Of a stretch of 64,000 bases of DNA, positions 1 to 10,730 are shown piece by piece. Numbering within the stretch: position 1 is the first letter of the stretch; each line of letters begins with the position of its first letter. Source of the DNA: Octopus vulgaris (lineage: Eukaryota); contig OX597833.1 of NCBI GenBank assembly GCA_951406725.2, positions 41,912,001 through 41,976,000 of the forward strand, given 5' to 3'. The translations under genes and the position numbers were made by a program. The notes below the pieces were generated by a model. It saw nothing but the letters and a program-made list of their open reading frames with translations. It searched no databases and was not told where the DNA came from.

Positions 1-200
1 TTGGCTTATATTTGGGAGCTGCAGAAATCCATTATTCATTATGAATTGAATTGGAGCTAAGTAGTGGATGGTAAAATGTATAAGAGGAATAGATATCTAT
101 GTCATTTGCATATCATGAACACCTTGAGCGTATACTTTTCTAAGGATGACCTACTGAATAGGAATCCTGAAAAGACAGTTATTTCCTGCCTCCTGGAAGT
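1..200 (+). mobile_element. Degenerate Penelope-like element, C-terminal end of GIY-YIG endonuclease region
   Basis: Frame 1 reads LAYIWELQKSIIHYELNWS*VVDGKMYKRNRYLCHL...DLLNRNPEKTVISC. This parallels the PLE C-terminal pattern (S.YIW.LK...Y.I.W.I....Y......C.LC...LLN.R.E..S.C). In-frame stop present. Confidence 0.5.
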
Positions 201-911
201 TGATTGTAATTTATTCATGAAACCATATAAATTTTTGAGTTCTTTTTTATATATATATATAAAATCACCTCCTTTCTGTACATTCAACCACTGCTCTTTT
301 TCCCCTTCCCTGTACTCCATTCTAAATACCACTCTTATCTGCTATCATTCTCAATGCATTCTCATATCTATCATCATGGCCCACTTACTATAGACCCTTA
401 TATATCCCTATACCTCCTTCTCCATTGTTCTTACATCTTGTACATCAACCCACTATTTTCTGTTCTATTCTCCTTCCTGAGCCACTCTTATTTATTTCCC
501 CATACACCTTTAAATACTGGCATTTCCTATTATCTGCAGCCCTTCTCTAATTCATCACTCATTACAATAACCTCTACCTCCAACTATTTACCCCTTCCTC
601 ACATTCTTAAGAAAGCATCCACTCTCTCATCCTTTCCCATGACCCAATGCCTGTGTCTTATACACCCCTTGTTGCTTGAGAGTTTGCTCTGGTATCCCAC
701 CACTACCTACCTCTTATCTCTTTCAGCCATATATCCCCTTTATATCAAGACACCTTTGCTTATTTCTCTATCATACTTTAGCTTTTCGACATCTGGCATA
801 CAGCCACCCACCTCCAACTTCCTGTCCCAAATACTTCCTCTTCACAATGGGAGCTTTTTCATTTTCCTTTTTCTCTGTTCTTTTCTATCTTGCAAGCTAT
901 ATGACAACCCC

Positions 912-1100
912 AGTAGTGCTGGTGGCATGAAAAAAGCACCCAGTACATTCTGTAAAGTTGTTGGTATTGGGAAAGGCATCCAGCCATAGAAACTATGCCA
1001 AAGATGACACTGGAGCTCAATGCAGCCCTACAGCTCACCAGTCCCCTGTTTAATCACCCTGCCCATGCCAGGAAGGAAAGCAGCCGTTAACTAATGATAT
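912..1100 (+). mobile_element. RTE-LINE 3' UTR fragment (GAT-tailed repeat family)
   Basis: GGTGGCATGAAAAAAGCACCC...GAAAGGCATCCAGCC...CCCATGCCAG...GTTAACTAATGAT, shared with many copies in the window and contiguous with RTE RT coding sequence at 12790-13430. Confidence 0.65.
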
Positions 1101-1369
1101 ATGAATGTTCAGTAAGGAAGACAAAACAATTTCAGCCAACACAAGATGACTAAAGGAAAATGTTCAAAACAAACACAACCAGTTGGACTGCAAAAAGCAC
1201 ATCACAAACCTACAAAACAAATACAAAGCTAGTACAACGATATAGTTGCAGAACTGGTTACCTATATATGAATATGTAAGAGTAATTAGTTTTGTTTGTT
1301 GTTTACAATATAAAGTACAAATTAATGTTTTCTACATGATGACAGGCATGTATAAGTTAATTTATTCAA

Positions 1370-1550
1370 CATGATGATGACTTGTGTATCTTTAGACCTG
1401 TGGCTGTTTCACAGAGGAGAATGCAGATGATGTGTCAAACGAATACTATTTTGAGCAGCCTGGACATGACAATGACTAGTTAAGCCAATATTTGACTTTG
1501 CAGCAAGATCACAGTTAGCACAAGGATAGTTTGCAAAATGATTAACATTT
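1370..1550 (-). mobile_element. RTE-clade LINE 3' end remnant (terminal Cys/His motif)
   Basis: Minus strand reads YPCANCDLAAKSNIGLTSHCHV, matching the RTE/BovB-type terminal C..C...S.IGL.SH motif, followed by a short (CAT)n tail. Confidence 0.5.
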
Positions 1551-1555
1551 GTATA

Positions 1556-2037
1556 CAGTACCATGCAAAAGTCTTCGGCCACTTTAAACTATTGTAAATT
1601 TCTACTAATTGCCAACTTATAAATGGATGTTTCACATTGCGTTTTTTATGGATGAAATTTTGGCCCTGTTGGAGTCATTTCCATACCTAATCATTATATT
1701 GTGTAGTAGGAGTTCTGAATGAGAGGCGAAGATGCAAGACGATGACCAAAAGTGGCTGTGCAAAAGTTTTTGGCCACCTCACATAAACCAATCAAGAACA
1801 CAGTGGTTTTAAACAGAAAAATGTCTATGATGAAAAGTTATTACATAATGTTCATTTCAAGAAGTTACTGTACATTGTTAACATTTTCTGTGGCTTCCCA
1901 TAACTAGAATAATTGCTTCAATATGCCTGGGAAGGGAAGCGTACAAATCCATCATGATCTTTACAGGTATTAGATGCCATTCTCTGTGGCTGAGCTCCCA
2001 CAACTCTTCATGGATTCTTCTGATAAACTCTTCTCTT

Positions 2038-2040
<3 letters not shown>
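1556..2040 (-). mobile_element. Tc1-like transposon 3' end with IR/DR-type terminal repeat
   Basis: TA|CAGTACCATGCAAAAGTCTTCGGCCAC terminus with an inner direct repeat (GTGCAAAAGTTTTTGGCCAC, ~1757). Minus strand encodes WHLIPVKIMMDLYASLPRHIEAII, the Tc1 C-terminal W..IP...L..S.P.R..A.I motif. Confidence 0.65.
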
Positions 2041-2074
<34 letters not shown>

Positions 2075-2077
<3 letters not shown>

Positions 2078-2435
2078 TTTTATTCGTATGCTAGAGCATT
2101 GTCTGTAGTCAAAAAAAATCGACCTCAGGACTTATTCTTTGTAAGCTTAGTACTTATTATATCGGTCACTTTTGCTGAACCATTAAGTTACAGAGACATG
2201 ACCACACCAGCATCGGTTGTCAAGCGATGTTGGGGGGACAAACACAGACACACAAACATATATATATATATATACAATGGGGTTCTTTCAGTTTCTGTCC
2301 CCCAAATCCACTCACAAGGCTTAGGTTGGCCTGAGGCTAGAGTAGAAGACACTTGGCCCCGGTGCCACGCAGTAGGACTGAACCCAGAACCATGTGGTTG
2401 GTAAGCAAGTTACTTACCATGCAGTCACTCCTGCG
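2075..2435 (-). mobile_element. SINE family B (tRNA-like head, CORE-like centre, internal microsatellite)
   Basis: Reverse complement of the family seen intact at 58521-58945, 60227-60598 and 63208-63587. Confidence 0.85.
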
Positions 2436-2506
<71 letters not shown>

Positions 2507-2639
2507 ACACACATACATACATATAGGAATATAATTGTAAAATTATAAAATTATGTCTGAAATGAGAAAATGTGAGAACAGAGAGGAGTGAATGGTGTGA
2601 ATGCAAAATACTGAAAGCACAGGTTCTATTGGACTGGAC

Positions 2640-2845
2640 CTGTTGCAAGACCACAGACAACAGGTGGACCTGTGCAGTTGCCTAGTGGTACCCAAGAGAT
2701 CAGAAAAGGACCCCTAGGAAGGCCTCTATGATGATAGGAAGATGATTTAGTCAAATGATTTGGACCAAGATAGAAAAGAATGGTGCAATCAAGAAAGATT
2801 TAGAAGTACATTGTGACCAGCAATGTATAACAACATCTAATAGTA
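2640..2845 (+). mobile_element. LINE (RTE-like) 3' end remnant sharing its tail with SINE family C
   Basis: RPLGRPL..EDDLVK-like coding remnant, then CATTGTGACCAGCAATGTATAACAACATC, also found at the 3' end of the SINEs at 12257-12527 and 31685-31991. Confidence 0.5.
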
Positions 2846-3379
2846 TATACATATAGGGGTTGGACAAAATAATGGAAACACATAGTATCCTAATTTTGAA
2901 ATATCTATAAAACCATCAAAAGCTTGTTTATTTTTATGTTTTTTGATTTATAATTAATGTTGCTTAGTATGTTGTGCTAAAATTTCTGTTTCTTTATAGA
3001 TATGATCAGAAAAATGTAATTAAAATTCCATAGTGATGCACACACACACATGTATATAGATTGAGATAGATAGATTGAACAATTGATACACACACACACA
3101 CACACACACACAGATGTTAATCTAATAAAATTAAGTTACAGAATGGACATCTTTGTTCTGCTTATGGCTCATTGGATTTTTGAGGTAAAATGTAGATATT
3201 GACAAAACGTGTGCGTGGGAAAAGAAAAAAAAAATCAAACAATAACAGACAAGATTAAAAAATGAGTGTCAAGAAAAGCAGTTATTACATTCTTATTTAG
3301 TGTCTAAGATTAAGATGATTTCTGAGTATATGAGAGAGAAAAAAAAACTATATGTATAATAGATGTGTATATATATTTT

Positions 3380-3747
3380 TTATCTTTTACTTGTATTAGT
3401 TATTGGACTGTGGCCATGCTGGAGCACTCTTTGAGGGGATTTTAGTTGAATAAATCAATCCCAGTACTTTTTTGTCTTTCTGAAGCCTGGTACTTATTCA
3501 ATTGGTCTCTTTTACAAAACCACTAAGTTATGGGGACAGACATAACAACCAACACCAGTTGTCCAGGGTAGTGGAGGACAAACACACATACAATGGGCAT
3601 CTTTCAGTTTTTGTTAATTAAATGCACTCACAAGGCTTTGAATGGCCTGGGGCTATAATAGAAGACTTGCCAAAGGTACTTTGCAGTGGGACTAAACCCA
3701 GAACCATGTGGTTAGGAAGCAAGCTCCTTATCACACAGCCATGCCTA
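3380..3747 (-). mobile_element. SINE family B, diverged copy
   Basis: GACTGTGGCCATGCTGGAGCAC...GGGACTAAACCCAGAACCATGTGGTT...CACAGCCATGCC. Confidence 0.8.
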
Positions 3748-4297
3748 TAATGGATATACATATACATATATAAACATACAGATATTTCATTCTGTGTTTC
3801 ATGATTTGTGTGTTCACATTCCAAAAGGTTTTGCTTAATATATTATCCTAACCTAAATTTTGACGGTACCTTTAAAGCGAAAGAAATTTTAATTCCTGTC
3901 AATAAATCCAAGGGAATCAAGAGATCAACTCTCTAGATTCACTTCAGCTATACACCCTAGCAAGAGCAACCTGTTACAATATTTTTCCTGGTCTTTGCTT
4001 AGTTTTTCATTTTCTCTCTCCGACTATAAATTACAAAGAGATGTCAAGACTATCAATTCACAGATTGTATATTATAATATTATGCAATCCAGACATTAAC
4101 CTGCACATGAGATTAATGTAGCCAATGTTGGACATCAGGTGCATCAATTTCACTTGCCTGCAGAAGATAATGCTGATAAGATCGTGGGCATGTGCACTGT
4201 CATTCTTCTCAAGCTAACTTATTACAAAAATAAAAAGCAAAACAAATATATCACATGGATAAGATATTAACATCGCAAAAGTTAGTCCTCCTTCTCT

Positions 4298-4715
4298 TAA
4301 TCCTTTAACATTCAGATTACCCAGTCGAATGTAATGCTTATTTATACACATTGTTTTGAATTAATCATGAATTATCTTGTAGTTTCACAATTTTGACCAT
4401 GTGTTCATTTTTAGAAAGACATTGTAAAGTAAATGTGAGAAGCCAGCTCTAACTGATTTAAACATAAAAATAAAAAAAGAAAGAATATTTGGGCAGCATA
4501 CAACTGGTTTAAACCATATCCAGCCCCAAAATTTTATGTGTTTTATGTTCAAACTGACCAGACTTGACTTCTCACACTTAGCCTACAATGTCATTCAAAA
4601 ACTAAACAATCATACCATCAGTGCTATGAAATAATACAGGATTAATCCAAATAAATAAACATTAAATTTGATAGAATAAGCTGATGCTAATTAGTTAAAT
4701 GCCAAAGAGTTAAAA
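4298..4715. mobile_element. Two adjacent, oppositely oriented piggyBac-like MITE copies
   Basis: TTAA-flanked. Internal TTATTTATACACATTGTTTTGAATTAATCATG...AACATAAAA matches the copies at 11868-12072, 29641-29871, 59596-59814 and 61401-61886. Confidence 0.55.
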
Positions 4716-5297
4716 ATAGTCTAGTATCTATTCTTATAGCCAAAAAGAGAGAGGCAATGTGGAATAAAGTGTATTGCCCAAGGACATAATAATACGTTTA
4801 GTGTGGAACTCACTAAGGTATGAGTCAATAGTGAAATAAAGAGGAGTCGAGTGCATCTAGTTCATTAACTCAGGAGTCCATAATTACAATCGTTATCACC
4901 TAGCCATGCCCTTCTGATTTGCATTGTGTGAATTAATTGATAAATTAGACATTTAAAAAAATTCTTTATCACGCATTTTGTGAACAATTTGCATTGTTGG
5001 TAGTCATTGGTTTACTGCATTAATGATAAGAAAAGTGATGAGGGAATGCTTGTGCAACATGAGTGAAGTAAATACTACAAAGTACTTTCATCTGACGACA
5101 GAGGTGACTGAAAATGTTTTCATTAATGTGCATGTATTTTTTGCTGACATACATAAATATACACAGATACATACCTATACATACATAGACACACACATAT
5201 ACATGCATATATACATACATATTTATATACACTTACATACACACACATTCATAAGCACTCACATACACACACATGTATATATATATATATATATATA

Positions 5298-5500
5298 GTT
5301 AATCCAAACATGAAAACACAATAATGCGAGGATGTGGAACAAATATAGTATTATTGGATGCTCAGGAAAGAAGGAAAGAAGGAGGGTTTAACGTTTCAAG
5401 CGGAGCTCTCCGTCAGAAACATAGGAAAAGGAAAGATCCAAAGAAGGGAAGACGGAGGGAAAAAAAAAAAAAAATCGCCAACGGTACACACGCAGTCACT
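5298..5500 (-). mobile_element. Penelope-type terminal fragment beside (TA)n, with degenerate minimal hammerhead
   Basis: Related to 9135-9312 and 21370-21470. Minus strand reads GTTT-CTGACGG-A-GAGC-TCC-GCTT-GAAACGT-T-AAAC. Confidence 0.55.
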
Positions 5501-5701
5501 ATACATACACACATATGTGTTGATAGATACATAAAGAGTTTTCCCAGTTTCCATCTTCCACTAGTCAACTGAAGGCTAAAGTAGAAGACACATTGCCCTT
5601 AAGGGATTGTACAAGGGAATTGAAACTGGGATCATGTGGTTATGAAGTAAGCTTCTTAGCTACTTACATATACCAGTCTGTACTTAATGAACTACATATA
5701 T

Positions 5702-5932
5702 ATTTCTTTACTACCCACAAGGGGCTAAACACAAAGGGGACAAACAAGGACAGACAAACGGATTAAGTCGATTACATCGACCCCAGTGCGTAACTGGTAC
5801 TTAATTTATCGACCCCGAAAGGATGAAAGGCAAAGTCGACCTCGGCGGAATTTGAACTCAGAACATAACGGCAGACGAAATACCGCTAAGCATTTCACCC
5901 GGCATGCTAACGTTTCTGCCAGCACGCCACCT
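5702..5932 (-). mobile_element. SINE family A (tRNA-like head GGCGGCGAGCTGGCAGAA, conserved GCCTTTCATCCTTTCGGGGTCGAT centre), young copy
   Basis: Near-identical to the copies at 25305-25536, 32888-33115 and 33550-33784. Confidence 0.9.
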
Positions 5933-6397
5933 ATATAGATTGACAGTTAACAGATACAGAAGTACACATAAATGAACAGAGACAGAGCCCCGAAATACTT
6001 CAGTACTTCTCCATATATTCTAAGTTCAAATCTAATCTCATCACTTCCAGCGTCCACTTTGCTCTCTGTTTGGCTTTCTAATTTCTAATGTGAAATGGAG
6101 AAAAAACAAAAGCAGAATAAAAAAAAAATACCAGTGACATGCTGGATGCATTTTTATCACCCTACATACCAAAAATGTGGGGTAAAAAAAAAAAGAAAAG
6201 AAATTAAGTATAAAAAAAAAATTAGGTATACAAAAAAAAAAAAGAAATTAGGTATAAAATTTGCACCTCCCCATCTCTTGAAACCAACTCACTACAAAAT
6301 CAAAAGAAATCAATCTAAACAAATTTATTATGAATGTATAAAATAAAACTATATTAAGAAAATGTTTGAAAATATGAATAAAAAAATGGGTCTTTAC

Positions 6398-6449
6398 CTG
6401 TGGGCTGACTGAATTGCTTTTATGTGATAGAGACACACTTCTCTCAGAA
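6398..6449 (-). CDS. Candidate short coding exon of the minus-strand gene (SERSVSLSHKSNSVSPQ, phase 2 to 0)
   Basis: ttagttcag| acceptor and CAG|GTAAAG donor. The open frame is phase-compatible with the candidate exon at 13658-13764. No homology recognised. Confidence 0.3.
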
Positions 6450-6539
6450 CTGAACTAATAGTTATAAGTTTAAGGAAAGTGCAGTATATATATACATATA
6501 TTATATACACACACACACATACATACATACACTGGAAAA

Positions 6540-6772
6540 GGAGTGGGAGGAGTGATGATGATGATGATGGCAATGGAGGTGGTATGGTGGTGGTAATTGT
6601 AGTAGAAATAGGAGTGGAAGTAAGAGAGATGATGGCAGTAGTAGCAGCAGTAGCAGTGGTGGTGGTGACAGTTATGGTGATGGGAATAATGGCAATAGTA
6701 GTGGTGACTGGTTGCCTTGAATGTGATAGTTGTGGTGGCAGTAACAGCTGTAGGAGGCTGATGATGATAATA
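6540..6772. repeat. Low-complexity trinucleotide tract (GAT/GGT/GTA/GCA)
   Basis: Degenerate triplet repeats; these produce the spurious Thr/Val-rich ORFs. Confidence 0.85.
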
Positions 6773-6989
6773 ATCCTCTGTACTATTGGCACAACGCCCG
6801 AAACTTTTGGGGAGGGGATAAGTCAGTGACATCAACCCCAGTGCTCATTGGTCCTTTTTTTAATCGACCCTGCAAGGATGAAAGACAAAGTCGATCGTGG
6901 CAGAATTTGAACTCAGAACATGAAAGCAAATGAAATGTCACTAAGCATTTTGCCCAGCATGCTAACGACTCTGCCAGCTCACCACCTTG

Positions 6990-7021
<32 letters not shown>

Positions 7022-7140
7022 CTTTTCTACTATAGGCACAAATCCTGAAATTTGGGGGAGGGGATAGTCGATTACATCAACCCCAGTACTCAACTGGTAC
7101 TTAATTTATCGACCCCAATAGGATGAAAGGTAAAGTTAAC
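6773..7140 (-). mobile_element. SINE family A, one full and one truncated copy separated by (AAT)n
   Basis: Family A centre ATCGACCC...AGGATGAAAG...GAATTTGAACTCAGAAC. Confidence 0.85.
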
Positions 7141-7152
7141 CTAAAGTTAACC

Positions 7153-7690
7153 ACACTCACATGCAGACAGACGCACTCACATGCAGACAGACGCATTCAC
7201 ATGCAGACAGACGCACTCACATGCAGACAGGCGCACTCACATGCAGACAGGCGCACTCACATGCAGACAGGCGCACTCACATGCAGACAGGCGCACTCAC
7301 ATGCAGACAGGCGCACTCACATGCAGACAGGCGCACTCACATGCAGACAGGCGCACTCACATGCAGACAGGTGCACTCACATGCAGACAGGTGCACTCAC
7401 ATGCAGACAGGCGCACTCACATGCAGACAGGCGCACTCACATGCAGACAGGCACACTCACATGCAGACAGGCACACTCACATGCAGACAGGCACACTCAC
7501 ATGCAGACAGGCACACTCACATGCAGACAGGCACACTCACATGCAGACAGGCACACTCACATGCAGACAGACACATTCACATGCAGACAGACACATTCAC
7601 ATGCAGACAGACACATTCACATGCAGACAGACACATTCACATGCAGATAGACACATTCACATGTAGATAGACATATTCATATGTAGATAG
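7153..7690. repeat. 20-bp minisatellite, ~27 copies of CACTCACATGCAGACAGGCG
   Basis: Exact 20-nt periodicity visible directly; variants occur in blocks. Confidence 0.97.
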
Positions 7691-7819
7691 ATAGAAATAA
7701 ATAGATAAATAGCTAAACAGTATGTATTACTGTTTCTTTTTATATGATGTGACGTATATAAAAACAATTTAACATTACACAGAAGGATTACTCAATACTT
7801 TGTACTAGAGTACAATCAG

Positions 7820-8354
7820 GCAAAACTTTGAGCCAAACTTGAGCTGCATCCTTGCAAGACAATGATCTGCATTTGGTGGGATTGGGAAGGGCTAATCCAC
7901 TATGAAATGCCAGAAAACAACCACACGATCAATGCAGAGCTTCACATTCAGCAGATACACCAGCAAAATGAGGCTATCCAGCTGAAATTATCGGCAACAC
8001 TTGCCCCCAAATTATTAGCTTGACCAAAAATGCTATTCAAGAGCATGGTTGAATAGTTCTACTATATCCACCCTGTTCTCCTGATATAACACCTTCATAT
8101 TATCAACATTTTTTTTGCAGTCATTCTCTAACAGTCTGTGAGGTGTTTTGTTCAGCAATGACATGGAGCTCAAAGTGAGGCTCAATAAATTCTCTTGAGT
8201 CAAGATCTGGTGATTTCTACCATCAAGATATTGACAAACTAGTGGAACATTGGCAAGAAGATGTGAACAATGAGGAATATATTATTGACTAATTTGTTAA
8301 AACTGTTGATGAAAAAGGAAATAAAAAAAAAAAGTATTTATCTGAAAAACCAAT
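7820..8354 (+). mobile_element. Old mariner transposase 3' half (pseudogene)
   Basis: ICIWWDWEGLIHYE..., PPCSPD..PS.Y..F and DFYHQDIDKLVEHWQE motifs. Alignable by eye to 56830-57290. Confidence 0.8.
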
Positions 8355-8582
8355 ATATATATATATACGTAAATATAAGAGAGTTAACGTTAAGTCGTTA
8401 ACTTTAGTGCTAGAAATAGCTCCTTATTCTGGTATAGTCACCGAAATTGTTTCCACAAAGCTAATAACTCTCTTATATTTATGTATAAATTTGTACTGTC
8501 TCCTTGGTTTTTATGTGCTAGGCCACTTGGTGTTAAACTGATGGTATTATTAAATTAATATCTAATTTTTCACCCTCATTTA

Positions 8583-8623
<41 letters not shown>

Positions 8624-8799
8624 CAAGTAAGTTAGGGGTTGTGGATCCAACCCACTCAGGGATAATACTTATCCAATATACTGTTGGTATAATACCCAAA
8701 TTATTAATACACAAGTGTTTTTAATTGTAATGCAATAAACTTACTTATTGTATTAAATGGGTGAAGGTAAAGAAATATTTTACCATTAATTTATATTGC

Positions 8800-9135
8800 G
8801 AATAAGAAAATAGAGAAACACATTAGTTGGTTTATCAGCTTTAGGATATTAGGATGCTGACTTATTTATCAAAACGACAACCATAATAACATACCTATAT
8901 ACATTATAAAATTGAATAAATATAAGATAAGACTACAAGTAGTTATTAAAAAAAAATTAATATAAATTATTAAGGTTTTTTTAATAACTACTTGTATTCT
9001 TATCTTATATGTATTGAATTTTATACTGTATATATGCATGTTATGGTTGTCGTTTTGATAAATAAGTAAGTCAACATTCTAATATCCTAAAGCTGATAAA
9101 CCAACTACGGTGTTTCTCCATTTTCTAATTTATAA
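8800..9135. repeat. Foldback palindrome (~160-bp imperfect arms), hairpin MITE-like
   Basis: TAGTTGGTTTATCAGCTTTAGGATATTAG...TACAAGTAGTTATTAAAAAA is mirrored by TTTTTTAATAACTACTTGTA...CTAATATCCTAAAGCTGATAAACCAACTA. Confidence 0.9.
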
Positions 9136-9310
9136 TATATATTAGCTCCAACACGCATTTTTTTCTCTCCTTGTTTTTTTTCTGTGGAAGAGCGTAGGCT
9201 CGAAACGTAAAAGACTTGTTCTATTTCTATTCCTGAGCGCCATACTAATATATTTGTTTGTTTGTACTCCACCTGCCTTCGTCTTTTGTTTATTTTCGTA
9301 AACCTTCCCG

Positions 9311-9312
<2 letters not shown>
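9135..9312 (+). mobile_element. Penelope-type terminal fragment beside (TA)n, with degenerate minimal hammerhead
   Basis: TTTTT-CTGTGGA-A-GAGC-GTAG-GCTC-GAAACGT-A-AAAGA at 9176-9214. Confidence 0.55.
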
Positions 9313-9387
<75 letters not shown>

Positions 9388-9719
9388 TATATGTGTATGT
9401 GTGTGTATGGGAAATGTACAGAGTACTGAAGAAATTCCAGACATGAGAGCCAAAGCTGGTGTTGAAAGGCTTTATACTTAGAAAAAGTTTTGATATGTAG
9501 AATAGAAAACAGGACCTTGCTATCATCAGGAAAATGACCAAACTTGGTATGCAGAAAAGGAGTAGGCAAAAATTCCATACCATGTACCCAGTATAAATAA
9601 TGGATGTATAAGAGGTTAGTGGGACCACAAGCTAATGGAGAAGACAGATTTCATATGTGGTTGTTGATGTATAAAGGCAATGAGAACTAAGAGCACATGA
9701 CAAATAGATTCTCTCAAAT

Positions 9720-10330
9720 GTTTAGGTAGCACAACAAATGCAGTCGATAGTTTCTTTTATACAGGTGATCTAATTAGTAGTAGAGATGGTGTTTGGAAAA
9801 TCACCGTAGCGACAGTAAGAATGAGTTGGAAAAATTTCAGATATGTACCTCTGCTTACAAAAAAGGGCTTCTCTGTGAAAGCGAAGGACAGATTCTATGA
9901 TGCTTGTGTGCAGAGTGTGATGCTGCAAGCTTGCAAGTCATAGAATACAGTGAATTTATTAATATTGGGAAAAAAATGAAGCAAGCATGTTTTAACCCTT
10001 TTGTTACCATATTTCTGTTGAGATGCTCTGTGTTTCTTTCAATTAATTTAAAATAGAACAAGGAATTTAGTAAAATAACTTAGTTATCTTTAAGCTAGTG
10101 TTAGGAACATAAATTGTGTCTCAGGTTTGGTGGAAGATTTTAATTCAGAACTTTTGAAAACAAGACATTTGTACCATAGAGCCAGAGGGTTGGTATCAAA
10201 AGGGTTAATGGACATGTAATGTTAATGTGCATGGAGCAGGGATAATGAGCTGAGATAAAAACAGGATATAAGATGTAGTGCACAAGAGAAAAGTTATAGA
10301 ATCTCGGATATGTAATGCATATCTACATCA
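9720..10330 (+). mobile_element. Degraded RTE LINE reverse transcriptase C-terminal region, interrupted by a MITE
   Basis: VDSF.Y.GDLISS...VR.SWKNFR..PLLTKKGFSVKAKDRFYDACVQSVML, the RTE RT C-terminal pattern. Confidence 0.7.
9996..10204. mobile_element. piggyBac-like MITE
   Basis: TTAA TSDs (9992-9995, 10205-10208). TIRs CCCTTTTGTTACCA / TGGTATCAAAAGGG (13/14 match). Confidence 0.85.
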
Positions 10331-10479
10331 GGGCCTTTTGGCCATTTTGTATCTGGTATCTATTTGCTATGCATTTCAGCTATTTAGTACCTTCTTATCT
10401 TTCTATCATTTTGTGATGATGATGATGATGTGGGTATACACACAAACACAAATGTATATAAATACATACAGGTATTTAT

Positions 10480-10487
10480 ACACACAC

Positions 10488-10534
<47 letters not shown>

Positions 10535-10730
10535 TATATATACACACACATATATATACACACACACACACACATATATATATATACACATATATATATA
10601 CACATATACATATATACACATATATACACATATATATATATATATACATATATACACATATATATATACACGCATATATATATATGCATATATATATATA
10701 CACACACATATATATATACACATATATATG
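10480..10730. repeat. Compound (CA)/(TA) microsatellite
   Basis: Direct inspection. Confidence 0.95.

Noticed and set aside
354-989. 211-aa Leu/Ser-rich ORF
   Set aside because: Pyrimidine-rich low-complexity DNA running into an RTE tail; no protein-like motifs.
3870-4215. AG/GT-bounded minus-strand segments (SERENEKLSKDQEKYCN; QVKLMHLMSNIGYINLMC)
   Set aside because: The phases do not join into a continuous ORF and no homology is recognised; left unannotated.
5035-5095. C/D snoRNA candidate (GTGATGA...CTGA) on plus, and a terminal exon SPLSSDESTL* on minus
   Set aside because: There is no terminal stem or recognisable guide for the snoRNA, and the minus acceptor has a poor pyrimidine tract. 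Both are plausible by chance.
6394-6835. Thr/Val/His-rich ORFs on both strands
   Set aside because: Degenerate trinucleotide repeats.
7123-7670. Three overlapping 160-175 aa ORFs (HMQTGALTCRQAHSHADRRT)n
   Set aside because: A stop-free 20-bp minisatellite is open in all frames; there is no splice or homology support.
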